The notes beneath the pieces were generated by a model. That model was not told the DNA's origin and did no database searches. It saw only the letters and a list, made by a program, of their open reading frames with translations. The translations under genes were made by a program, and so were the position numbers. DNA of 64,000 nucleotides, taken from positions 7,657 to 71,656 of the forward strand of contig JAOAIU010000005.1 of the NCBI GenBank assembly GCA_026414545.1, written 5' to 3'. This document shows, piece after piece, positions 18,973-27,844 of this stretch (its first letter is position 1; each line of letters begins with the position of its first letter). This DNA is from Candidatus Saccharicenans sp. GTDB lineage: Bacteria; Acidobacteriota; Aminicenantia; Aminicenantales; Saccharicenantaceae.

Positions 18973-21334
18973 CTTTCCCGTCAGTGTCAGTCAGTCTCTG
19001 ACCTGCCTGGTTCGGGGTGGAGGCAGGCATTCCTGTTCCAGACGGGGCCGGGGCCACCGGCCCGGCAGCCTGTTCACCTTCCAGGTAAAGCACATAATCG
19101 CAATGGCGGCAATAGAGGTAGGGCTTTTTCCTGGCCGGGGCTTTCTTGAATAAATACTTGGCCTGGCAATTAGGACAACTCTGCGGGAGCACCTCATCCC
19201 AGCTGGCAAACTTGCAGCGGGGAAAATGGCTGCAGCCGTAGAAATACTTACCCCTTCTGGTCTGGCGCTTGATGATGGTGCCACCGCAGCCCTCCGGGCA
19301 GGGCACACCGGTATCAATTTTTTCCTTCTTCTGGATGTATTCGCACTTTGGATAATTGGAGCAGGCGATAAAAGGGCCGAATTTTCCCCGGCGGTAGACG
19401 AGGGGCGACCCGCACTGGGGACATTTTTTATCGGTGACCTTATTTTCTTTCTTGACCAGCGGTTCCTTGTAAGAGCATTCCGGGTAGCCGGAGCAGGCCT
19501 TGAACCTGCCATACCGACCCTCCTTTATGACCAGGTTCTTACCGCAGCGCGGGCATTTATCCTCGACCGGAATGCCGTTCTTTTTCACTGATTCGGTTTC
19601 ATGACCCTGCTCCAGATACTTCTGCAGGAGTTCATAGTATTGCCTGAGGCTCTCCAGCCAGTCGGCCTGACCGTCGCTGATGCGGTCGAGCTTTTCCTCC
19701 ATCCGGGCCGTGAACTTGTAATCGAACAGCTCGGCAAAGTTCTTCACCAGAAAGTCGGTGACAAAAAAACCTAGGTCAGTCGGTCGGAAGCGCCCCTCCT
19801 CCTTGATGACATAGGTCCGGTCCTGAAGGGTAGAAATGATGGGGGCATAAGTACTGGGACGGCCGATGCCCCTGGCCTCCAGCTCCTTGACCAGTGTGGC
19901 TTCGGTATACCGCGGCGGAGGCTGGGTGAAGTTCTGCTTGCTCTGCAGGTCGACCAGGCTGAGGGTCTCGCCCTCCCTGGCCAGCGGCAGCTGGCCCTCT
20001 TCTTTTTCGGGCTCAGAGGCTTCTCCCGATTTGCCTTCGCCATTTCCGGCGTTCTCAAAACGCAGCTGCTGTTCTTCATAGAGTGCGAGGAAGCCCTTGA
20101 ACTTAATGACCTCGCCCCGGGCCACGAAAATATATTTATTCACCCTGATCTCAAACTGGGTTTCTTCCACCTCGGCCGGGCTCATCTGAGAAGCCAGAAA
20201 CCTGTTCCAGATAAGCCGGTAAAGTTCATATTCCTCTTTCTTTAGGTAAGGCTTAACCCTGTCCGGGGTGAGTTCCAGGTGAGTCGGCCGGATAGCCTCG
20301 TGGGCTTCCTGGGCAGTCTTCCTGGACTTGTGAGGGGCAGCCTTGGCCGGTACATACTCGGCTCCGAAATGCTCGGCTATGTACTTCTTGGCTGCCGCCC
20401 TGGCCACCTCGGAAATCCGGACCGAGTCGGTGCGCATGTAGGTAATCAACCCGACCGGGCCCAGCTCTCCCAGCTCCAGACCTTCGTACAGCCGCTGGGC
20501 GACCATCATGGTTTTCTTAACCGGAAAACGGAGCAGCCGGTAGGCATCCTGCTGCATGGTCGAGGTTATGTAGGGAGCAGGGGGATTCTTCTTTTTTGCC
20601 TTGACCTGGATTTTTTCCAGGATAAAAGGCTCACGGCGGCAGATTTCCAGGATTTCCCGGGCTGTCTTCTCATCCTTGATTCTGGCTTTTTTGCCATCGA
20701 CCCGGCTCAGCAGTGCCCGGAACTCGGGCGGGTTTTCAGCCCGCAGGATGGCGGCAATGGTCCAGTATTCTTCGGGCTTAAAGTCTTTTATTTCCCTTTC
20801 CCGGTCACAGATGAGGCGCAGCGCTACCGATTGCACCCGTCCGGCACTGAGGCCACGGCCAATTTTCTTCCAGAGAAGGGGACTGATCAGATAACCAACC
20901 AGACGGTCCAGGATTCTCCTGGTCTGCTGGGCATTGATTTTGTTCTGGTCCAGCGGGCCCAGTTTCTTAAAAGCTTCCCTGATGGCCTCTTCTGTAATTT
21001 CGTGGAAAACTGCCCTATAGACCTTCTCCTTCTCCTCGGCCAGAAGCTGGCTCAAGTGCCAGGAAATGGCTTCGCCTTCCCGGTCGGGGTCGGCAGCCAG
21101 GATGACTTTCTCAGATTCTCTGGCCAGCTTCCTCAGCTCGGCCACCAGGCGTCTCCGCTCGGGAATAATCTGGTAGCTTGGCTTGAAATTGTCCTTCAGG
21201 TCTACCCCCAGCTTGGTTTTGGGCAGGTCGCAGACGTGTCCCATGGAGGCCTTAACCAGATAACCTGAACCCAGGTAACGGTTCACAGTCTTGGCCTTGG
21301 CCGGGGACTCAACAATAACTAAGGCTTTAGCCAC
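18956..21334 (-). CDS. topA: DNA topoisomerase I
   Basis: 792 aa with a GTG start. TOPRIM blocks LVIVESPAKAKT and DPDREGEAI, active-site region ITYMRTDS, and four C-terminal Cys4 zinc ribbons. Confidence 0.95.
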   Translation of the reverse strand: MAKALVIVESPAKAKTVNRYLGSGYLVKASMGHVCDLPKTKLGVDLKDNFKPSYQIIPERRRLVAELRKLARESEKVILAADPDREGEAISWHLSQLLAEEKEKVYRAVFHEITEEAIREAFKKLGPLDQNKINAQQTRRILDRLVGYLISPLLWKKIGRGLSAGRVQSVALRLICDREREIKDFKPEEYWTIAAILRAENPPEFRALLSRVDGKKARIKDEKTAREILEICRREPFILEKIQVKAKKKNPPAPYITSTMQQDAYRLLRFPVKKTMMVAQRLYEGLELGELGPVGLITYMRTDSVRISEVARAAAKKYIAEHFGAEYVPAKAAPHKSRKTAQEAHEAIRPTHLELTPDRVKPYLKKEEYELYRLIWNRFLASQMSPAEVEETQFEIRVNKYIFVARGEVIKFKGFLALYEEQQLRFENAGNGEGKSGEASEPEKEEGQLPLAREGETLSLVDLQSKQNFTQPPPRYTEATLVKELEARGIGRPSTYAPIISTLQDRTYVIKEEGRFRPTDLGFFVTDFLVKNFAELFDYKFTARMEEKLDRISDGQADWLESLRQYYELLQKYLEQGHETESVKKNGIPVEDKCPRCGKNLVIKEGRYGRFKACSGYPECSYKEPLVKKENKVTDKKCPQCGSPLVYRRGKFGPFIACSNYPKCEYIQKKEKIDTGVPCPEGCGGTIIKRQTRRGKYFYGCSHFPRCKFASWDEVLPQSCPNCQAKYLFKKAPARKKPYLYCRHCDYVLYLEGEQAAGPVAPAPSGTGMPASTPNQAGQRLTDTDGKDEKRD

Positions 21335-22450
21335 TCAAGTTCTCCTGCGAAAAAATTTACCGGCTTCCTGCACCACCAGGTCTTTCATTTCCAGGGCCAG
21401 CAGCACCGTCAGGAGCTCGGCCACGGATATCTGAATTTTATCAGATAAATCGTCAATGTGAATAACCGAGGTTTCGGGCAGTGCCTGGTAGACCTCCTTT
21501 TCCCGCCCTTGAAGCTCCGGGGCTGAGCGGCTCTTCTCCGTGAGGCGGCTCAGGGCCGCTTCCTTCCAGGGTGAGGGAAGCTCCATCAGGATATCTTCAA
21601 CTGATTCCACGAGTCTGGCTCCCTGCTTTATCAGCCAATTCGTTCCCCGGCTCAGGTCGGAATCGACCGGCCCGGGTACAGCCAGGACTTCCCGCCCCTG
21701 GTCAGCAGCCAGCCGGGCGGTTATAAGAGCCCCTGATTTCAGGCTGGCTTCTATCACCAGGCAGGCCAGACTCATTCCACTTATGACCCGGTTCCGAAGA
21801 GGAAAATGAAAGCCCAGCGGTTCAGAATCAAGCGGAAACTCGCTGATCACCGCTCCCGTTTCAGCTATCTTTTCTGCCAGCATTCGGTTTTCCCGTGGAT
21901 AAATATTCTCCAGGCCTGACCCCAGGACCGCCACAGTTCGGCCACCTCTCAAGGCACCCCGGTGAGCCAGGGTATCGACCCCGCGGGCCAGGCCACTTAC
22001 GACCACCAGCCCGCAGGCAGCCAGGGCCCCGGACAGACGGTCAGCCATTATCCTCCCATATGCACTGGGCTTTCTCGAGCCAACTACGGCCACAGCTGCC
22101 CAGTTCAGGATATCGGGCTGGCCCAGGCAGTACAGTACAGGCGGAGGTTCGACGATTTCCCTTAAAAGCCGGGGATACCGGGCATCCTCAAAAGGTAAGA
22201 GAGTATACTCTTTTTTGGCCAGCTTCTCAAGTTCGGCCTCGGCCCGGGCCAGGAGCTCTCGCGACTGAAGCTTCTGGCGAGCAGCCGGCCTGAGCCTGGC
22301 CAGAACGAGCAGCTCATCATCGGGAGGGAAAAGCTCCCCTCCCGCTTCCTGCAGGGCCAGGGCCCTGCGGGCCGACAGCAGGCCTTCGCTGACCAGGTAA
22401 TTGAGCACCAGCCAGCGCAGCTGCCGCTTTTCGTCTGTCACTTCTTGCAA
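21335..22450 (-). CDS. dprA: DNA processing protein DprA (Smf)
   Basis: DprA core VVGSRKPSAYG...SGLARGVDTLAHRGAL...VLGSGL, plus a C-terminal winged helix. GTG at 22441, forming a GTGA overlap with the usp stop, is an equally likely start. Confidence 0.88.
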   Translation of the reverse strand: MQEVTDEKRQLRWLVLNYLVSEGLLSARRALALQEAGGELFPPDDELLVLARLRPAARQKLQSRELLARAEAELEKLAKKEYTLLPFEDARYPRLLREIVEPPPVLYCLGQPDILNWAAVAVVGSRKPSAYGRIMADRLSGALAACGLVVVSGLARGVDTLAHRGALRGGRTVAVLGSGLENIYPRENRMLAEKIAETGAVISEFPLDSEPLGFHFPLRNRVISGMSLACLVIEASLKSGALITARLAADQGREVLAVPGPVDSDLSRGTNWLIKQGARLVESVEDILMELPSPWKEAALSRLTEKSRSAPELQGREKEVYQALPETSVIHIDDLSDKIQISVAELLTVLLALEMKDLVVQEAGKFFRRRT

Positions 22451-23313
22451 AAAACCGAAGGCAGGGCCAGCACCGGCACGGTGGAGTAAGAAATGACCTT
22501 CTCGGTGGTGCTGCCCAGGAAGAATCTTTCCAGCGGCGAGACACAGGTGGACATGACAATAAGGTCGAGTTTATGCCTGGCCGCATAGGTCACAATCCCG
22601 GCCGCGGCATTCAGATCTCGAACCACCACTTCCTTGATTTCAAATTCGCCTTTCTTTTTCTTCCGGCTCTTCAGAGTCTTCAGAGCCTCGTCCATCATCT
22701 TTTTAACCTCGTCGGGGGAGAACTTAAAATCGTAAAGCTCCAGGATATAGAGCAATGTCAGGTTGGCTTTGAGGCTGGAGGCCAGCATCCAGGCATAGTT
22801 TCTTTCCCTTTCTTCGGCTGCCGAAAAATCCGTTGGCACCAGGATATTCTCGATTTTCGGGCTGGGCCGACGCTTGGGCACCACCAGAACCGGAACCCGG
22901 GAACGCCTGAGAACCTGGTTGGCCACGCTACCCAGCAAGATTTTCTCCAGGGCCGACAGGCCTTTGCGGCCGATGACTATCAGCTGGCAATTCTCTTTCT
23001 CAGCTACTTCCGGGATCCTCTTCCCGGCTGAGCCGGTGTCGACTATGAGCTTGGAAAATTTGATTTCGTTCCTGTCAGAAATACGCTGGAGTTTTTTCAG
23101 GGCCTGGCGGCGACTCTGTTCCTGCTTTTCCATCAGCTCGGCCACCACCACCCCGCGGCTTTCATAAAGAGCCGGAGCAAAATCCGGCACCACGTGCAAG
23201 GCCTTGACCTGGGCCCCGAAGCGTCGGGCCAGGAAATTAGCGTAAGACAACGCCGTTAAGGATTCTCTGGAAAAATCCGTGGCCCAGAGGATACTCTTGA
23301 TTTGTCCGGTCAT
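22438..23313 (-). CDS. Universal stress protein, tandem UspA domains
   Basis: 291 aa with two USP repeats, each ending in a G-x2-G-x9-G(S/T)-type block: IVIGRKGLSALEKILLGSVANQVLRRSRVPVLVV and IVMSTCVSPLERFFLGSTTEKVISYSTVPVLAL. Confidence 0.85.
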   Translation of the reverse strand: MTGQIKSILWATDFSRESLTALSYANFLARRFGAQVKALHVVPDFAPALYESRGVVVAELMEKQEQSRRQALKKLQRISDRNEIKFSKLIVDTGSAGKRIPEVAEKENCQLIVIGRKGLSALEKILLGSVANQVLRRSRVPVLVVPKRRPSPKIENILVPTDFSAAEERERNYAWMLASSLKANLTLLYILELYDFKFSPDEVKKMMDEALKTLKSRKKKKGEFEIKEVVVRDLNAAAGIVTYAARHKLDLIVMSTCVSPLERFFLGSTTEKVISYSTVPVLALPSVFCKK

Positions 23314-23380
23314 GATTTTCTCTCCTTCTTGCTTTTTCTCAATTCTACCATATCCGGACCATTCTCATAAAATCTTTATT

Positions 23381-23422
23381 CACAAATAAAGACGCTCCCC
23401 AGTCGGGTTATTCTCACCGGGG
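23381..23422 (-). terminator. Candidate terminator/3' structure between nupC and usp
   Basis: Minus-strand RNA CCCCGGU (23422-23416) pairs with ACUGGGG (23403-23397), including a G.U pair. It is followed by AGCGUCUUUAUUUGUG. Confidence 0.35.
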
Positions 23423-23601
23423 GGCAAGGCCAGAAGACGCCACCTGCTTTCTTCCAGCCGAATTCTACCAGAACAACTGGCTGTTGCTTTGAACCCAGGA
23501 ATCAAGCGGGGAGTATTTGCGTCGTTTCGCCATTAAACAGCCGAGTCTCTGCTTTAAACCCGGGCCGTCACGGTAATAAAGCTACAGCTGGCCGGCTGAC
23601 A

Positions 23602-24912
23602 TCACCGTCCGAAGAGCACCGAAGAGCCGGTATAAAAAACGCCAGCCACTGCACCGGTAATAAGACAGGCCAGGGTAGCCGCCAGCAGGGCTTTAAGACC
23701 TAACCTGGACAGGTCCTTGAGCCTGCCCGGGGCCAGGGCTCCAATTCCCCCGACAAAAATGGCCAGGGAGGCCACATGGGCGAAGCCGCAGAGAGCATAG
23801 GAAGCGATGATGGCCGAGCGCGGGTCATGGAAGGCTCCGTCTTGGAGCAGCCCGGCCAGGTGCTGATAGCTGACCAGCTCGGTGGCCACAACTCTTTCAG
23901 CCAAGAGCCTGGCCACCAGAAAAGCATCCTGGGGAGAAACCCCCATGACCAGGGTAAAAGGGTAGAAAACATAACTCAAAATGCTGGAAACCTGCCAGTT
24001 GAAACTCCAGCCCAGCAGGTGGTTCAGCTGCCCACCCAGCCAGCCGAGGAACAGGTCCAGAAGGGCCAGCAGTCCCAGGAAAGCCAGCAACAGGGCTACT
24101 ATCCCACCCAGCAGCTTGAGGCCGGACTGGGCCCCGTTGATGATGGCCATAATCAGGTTGTCTTCCTGTTCATAATATGGTTTTACGTCCAGCCCCAGGG
24201 TTAAAGGTCTGTCCGTTTCAGGAAACATCAGTTTGGCGGTGAGCAGGGCAGCCGGGGCAGAGAGAATGGAGGCGGAGACCAGGTGCCCGGCTATGGTCGG
24301 CAGTCCAGCCCTCAGAATCATCACATAGACAGATAGAACCGAGGAGGCAATGGTGGCCATGCCGGCAGTCAGGATGGTGGCCAGCTCGGAAGAAGTCATT
24401 TGCGCAAGATAGGGCTTAACTATAAGCGACGATTCGACTCCAACGAAGATATTGCTGGAAACGCACAGAGATTCAGCCCCACTGATTCTCATCAGTTTGG
24501 TAAAAATCCTGGCAAACAACCGGATAAGAAACGGCATAACCTTCAGGTAGTAAAGAGCTCCAACCAGAGCCGCAAAAAAGACTACGGTGGGCAAGGCCTG
24601 GAAGGCCAGGATAAAGCCCGGGGAAGCTTCCCCGCTCTCGTTTCTGGTTCCGGGCGGCAGAGCCAGGGGACCAAAAAGAAATTTAATTCCGGCAGTGGCG
24701 CTGTCCAGGACCCGGACCACCGCTTCGTTTACCACCAGAAATAACCGGCCACCGGCCGGGACAAGAAAGATGATGAAGGCAAAAAGAAGCTGCAGTCCCA
24801 GACCCCAGCCCACTACCTTCCAGTTAACTATTTTTTTATTGGAAGAAAACAACCAGGCCACCAAGGCCAGAATGACCAGGCCGCCCAGGCTAACCAGGTT
24901 CAGGTAACTCAT
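23602..24912 (-). CDS. nupC: Concentrative nucleoside transporter (NupC/CNT family)
   Basis: 436 aa polytopic protein with the CNT C-terminal block ALCGFAHVASLAIFVGGIGALAPGR. Confidence 0.85.
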   Translation of the reverse strand: MSYLNLVSLGGLVILALVAWLFSSNKKIVNWKVVGWGLGLQLLFAFIIFLVPAGGRLFLVVNEAVVRVLDSATAGIKFLFGPLALPPGTRNESGEASPGFILAFQALPTVVFFAALVGALYYLKVMPFLIRLFARIFTKLMRISGAESLCVSSNIFVGVESSLIVKPYLAQMTSSELATILTAGMATIASSVLSVYVMILRAGLPTIAGHLVSASILSAPAALLTAKLMFPETDRPLTLGLDVKPYYEQEDNLIMAIINGAQSGLKLLGGIVALLLAFLGLLALLDLFLGWLGGQLNHLLGWSFNWQVSSILSYVFYPFTLVMGVSPQDAFLVARLLAERVVATELVSYQHLAGLLQDGAFHDPRSAIIASYALCGFAHVASLAIFVGGIGALAPGRLKDLSRLGLKALLAATLACLITGAVAGVFYTGSSVLFGR

Positions 24913-25040
24913 GCCACCACCCCGGCTATCAGATTAAATTCCGTCCTAATTGTAACCATTAAGCTCCGGGATAACAACCCGGATAATTGAATCCAACGGA
25001 CGGCTGCTGACCCAAAAGCAGGGGGGAAGCCGGCCTGCCG

Positions 25041-25268
25041 TCAACTAACCTCCACCAGTTTGACCCGGGATTTCTCGCCACGGATTATTTTCAACCTGGA
25101 TACCGGCAGGCCCAGGTACCCGGACAAAAGTTCCAGCAGCTCCTGATTGGCCCGGCCTTTTTCGGGGGCTGAAGTCAGCCTGGCCCTGTATTCATTGGCC
25201 GAGATGGGAACAAGTTCCTGTCTTGAAGCTTTTGGCTGCACCCTCACCGTCAAGACTGTCTTGGCCAT
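25041..25268 (-). CDS. DUF167 (YggU-like) protein
   Basis: 75 aa with the block LTSAPEKGRANQELLELLSGYLGLPVSRLKIIRGEKSRVKLVEV, typical of UPF0235/YggU. Confidence 0.75.
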   Translation of the reverse strand: MAKTVLTVRVQPKASRQELVPISANEYRARLTSAPEKGRANQELLELLSGYLGLPVSRLKIIRGEKSRVKLVEVS

Positions 25269-25376
25269 GTCCTCTCACCGCCTTCGGGTGTTAACTCGCC
25301 GGACCGGAGCTGAATCGATGATCAGGCCCGGAGGTAGGGTCATACTGTTTCCTGGCCTGAGCTCTTACTATCTATT

Positions 25377-26171
25377 CTATTTTATGCCCAGCTCCTTGCC
25401 ATACTTTTCAAACAGGCGCCGCAGCTCTTCCCTGGTGACCACATAGCGGCTGATAAAAACCGAGAGGCTCGGCCGGGCCGGGTCGTTGGACTTAATGAGT
25501 ACATACTCCCTCTGGGGACCGGTCCGCCCCTCCCTTACCGGGAGCAAAGCCCGGAGCATGATTTCCCGTCCCGCCGGAACCTTGTAGGGAAAACTGATGA
25601 CCTTGTTGCCGACCATGAAAGTGAAACCCGGGTTATCAATATCAAAAACAAGCTCCAGCTGCCCGCTGTTCTTGACCTTGATGACGGCCTCCGAAGACTC
25701 TCCCTCCAGGACCAGGCCGAGGTCCAGGTTGTAGGGCTCAAGCTCTATCCTCGGGGCCGGGCCCGTTTCCACTTCGGCCGTTATGGAAAGTTCCTGCCTG
25801 GGGTCTTTCGGGTCGTTGCTTTCAAAATAGACATACTTGATAACTTTGCCAGCATAACCCCTGGAATCGAAGGTGACCTTAATCTTGCCTTCCCGGCCGG
25901 GCGGGATCTCCTTCTGGGAGACCAGGGCCGCTGTGCAACCGCAGGAGGTGCTGACATTCTTGACTACCAGGACGGCGTTGCCGGAATTCCGGAAGGTAAA
26001 TTCGTGGCTGACCACCTCACCCTGCTTGATCCGGCCGAAATCCCGGCTGGTTTCTCTGAACTCGGCTTTCGGCACCCCGGCCTGGGCCAGAGACCAATTG
26101 GTCAGGCCGGCTATCAAAAGGCCGAGAACCAGAATCAGGAATATGTGTCTGGCAGGTTGGTCGATATCCAT
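25377..26171 (-). CDS. DUF1573 domain-containing exported protein
   Basis: N-terminal anchor/signal, then the DUF1573 signature DFGRIKQGEVVSHEFTFRNSGNAVLVVKNVSTSCGCT. A second Ig-like repeat follows. Confidence 0.7.
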   Translation of the reverse strand: MDIDQPARHIFLILVLGLLIAGLTNWSLAQAGVPKAEFRETSRDFGRIKQGEVVSHEFTFRNSGNAVLVVKNVSTSCGCTAALVSQKEIPPGREGKIKVTFDSRGYAGKVIKYVYFESNDPKDPRQELSITAEVETGPAPRIELEPYNLDLGLVLEGESSEAVIKVKNSGQLELVFDIDNPGFTFMVGNKVISFPYKVPAGREIMLRALLPVREGRTGPQREYVLIKSNDPARPSLSVFISRYVVTREELRRLFEKYGKELGIK

Positions 26172-26296
26172 GTTCTCCTCCTTCTGGGTATCTTAAATGA
26201 TGCCACAAAGGAAAGCTGGTGGCAACCGGCTGATAACCGCGGCCCCCCTGGGCCGACTGCTCTGTGTCCCGGCTGGGGCCTGGATCAAAAAAGTGC

Positions 26297-26327
26297 TTGA
26301 CAGGATGGGTGTCTATCAATATATGAT
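26297..26327 (+). promoter_or_regulatory. Candidate sigma70-type promoter of the Rrf2-porin-pst2 operon
   Basis: TTGACA (26297-26302), 17 nt spacer, TATATG (26320-26325). TATGAT is an alternative at 19 nt spacing. Confidence 0.45.
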
Positions 26328-26350
26328 AAAGTTGATAGATTTAATCAACT
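26312..26350. promoter_or_regulatory. Nested AT-rich inverted repeats, candidate Rrf2 operator
   Basis: TCTATCAA (26312-26319) pairs with TTGATAGA (26332-26339). TATCA (26314-26318) pairs with TGATA (26324-26328). AGTTGAT (26330-26336) pairs with ATCAACT (26344-26350). The repeats overlap the -10 region. Confidence 0.35.
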
Positions 26351-26367
26351 ATTATTGAGGTTGGGAC

Positions 26368-26817
26368 ATGAGGCTGTCAACCAGAGGCGAGTATGCCAGC
26401 CGGGCCATGCTGGAGCTGGCCGTCCGCTACGGCCAGGGACCGGTGCCCATTAGAATTATTTCTCTGGCCCAGGCCATTCCCCAGCAATTTCTGGAGCAAA
26501 TCCTGCTCCTGCTTAAAAGAGCCGGTTATGTCAAGAGCAAAAAGGGACCAGCCGGTGGCTATTACCTCTCGCGCCCCCCGGCCCAAATCAACGTGGCCGA
26601 GGTCATCCGGGTTATGGACGGGCCACTGGCGCCCATCAATTGCGTCAGCGTCATGGAACATGAGCCCTGTCCTCTGGAGGACCGCTGCGGACTGAAATGG
26701 CTATGGAAAGAAGTCCGGGACATGGTAGCCGCTCATCTGGAAAAGACCAGTTTTGATGATGTCCTCAAGCGGCAGCTCATGATAAACCAACAGGCCTTGG
26801 GAAGGAGAAAAAGGTGA
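26368..26817 (+). CDS. Rrf2-family transcriptional regulator with three-Cys putative Fe-S site
   Basis: 149 aa with N-terminal MRLSTRGEYASRAMLELA and wHTH ISLAQAIPQQFLEQILLLLKRAGYVKSKKGPAGGYYL. Cys92, Cys101 and Cys107 occur in INCVSVMEHEPCPLEDRCG. Confidence 0.85.
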   Translation: MRLSTRGEYASRAMLELAVRYGQGPVPIRIISLAQAIPQQFLEQILLLLKRAGYVKSKKGPAGGYYLSRPPAQINVAEVIRVMDGPLAPINCVSVMEHEPCPLEDRCGLKWLWKEVRDMVAAHLEKTSFDDVLKRQLMINQQALGRRKR

Positions 26818-27824
26818 AGCGTGCAAGGTTATTTTGGCTTTTAGTCCTGAGTTGTTTCTTGATCCTGGCTGCAGTCCGGGAGCCGGTTTCGGCCGCCAAT
26901 CTGGAACCAGAAAACCAGGAGTCCCGGGGCCAGACGCTCTCCAGCAGCCTGCCTCTTAAAATTTCCGGTTTTGCCCAGCTCCTGTTTACAGGGCAAAACA
27001 ACCAGGCCGACACCTTCTCGGTCCGCCGGGCCCGGCTCAGCCTGGATGGCCGGATACTCAAGAACCTGACCTTCAAAGTCCAGGTCGACCTGACCCGGTC
27101 GCCAGTTCTGCTCGACGCCCTGGCTGAAGTGCTGCTGGATGAAAAATTCAACCTCCGGGCCGGACAGTTCCTGGTCCCCTTCAGTCTGGAAAGCACTACC
27201 TCAGCCGGCCGACTGCTGACGGTCAACCGGTCACGGGTGGTCGACCTTCTGGCCCCAGGCCGTGATAACGGCTCATCCGGCCGGGACCTGGGCCTGGTGG
27301 TTTTCGGCCGCCTCTCGATTTTTCAGTATAGCCTGGGGCTGGTCAATGGAGCGGGGATTAACAAAAAAGACGACAATGAGCGGAAAGATTTTGCCGGCCG
27401 GATCATCGCCTCCCCGGGCCTGGGATTGCGCCTTGGCCTTTCCCTTTACAACGGCCGGCGGTTTGATGCTCCCACTTCAACCAATCTGGCCCGAAACAGG
27501 CTTGGCCTGGAAGCCAGCTGGGACTTCAGGTCCTTTCATCTGAACGCAGAATATATTCAGGGCCGGGATGACCTTATCGAAAAAAACGGCTGGTATGTCC
27601 AGACGGCAGTGGACCTCAAGCCGGACAGGTATCAGCTGGTTTTCAAGCTCGACCATTTTGACCCCGACCGGAACCTGCCCGGTCAGGCTATTACCGTCTA
27701 TACCGCCGGAGCCAACTGGTTCCTTAGCCCGGCCTCCAAGCTTCAGGCCAACTTTGAATACCATCGTCTGGAAGCTGAGCCTGACCGCAGCGTTCTCTTG
27801 CTGCAACTACAGGTAGGTTTTTAA
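26814..27824 (+). CDS. Phosphate-selective porin O/P-like outer-membrane protein
   Basis: The GTG start overlaps the Rrf2 stop (GTGA). Signal peptide ...AAVREPVSAA, Porin_O_P-type block FSVRRARLSLDGRILKNLTFKVQVDL, and a C-terminal ...LLLQLQVGF. Confidence 0.7.
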   Translation: MKRARLFWLLVLSCFLILAAVREPVSAANLEPENQESRGQTLSSSLPLKISGFAQLLFTGQNNQADTFSVRRARLSLDGRILKNLTFKVQVDLTRSPVLLDALAEVLLDEKFNLRAGQFLVPFSLESTTSAGRLLTVNRSRVVDLLAPGRDNGSSGRDLGLVVFGRLSIFQYSLGLVNGAGINKKDDNERKDFAGRIIASPGLGLRLGLSLYNGRRFDAPTSTNLARNRLGLEASWDFRSFHLNAEYIQGRDDLIEKNGWYVQTAVDLKPDRYQLVFKLDHFDPDRNLPGQAITVYTAGANWFLSPASKLQANFEYHRLEAEPDRSVLLLQLQVGF

Positions 27825-27844
27825 TTAATAGAAATAAAATAAGG

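Noticed and set aside
26341-26357. TTAATC-N5-TTATTG as a second Pho box in front of the Rrf2-pst2 operon.
   Set aside because: The hexamers match the TTAACA-type repeat poorly. They lie downstream of the -10 element rather than replacing a -35. They overlap the palindromes, which are better explained as an Rrf2 operator.
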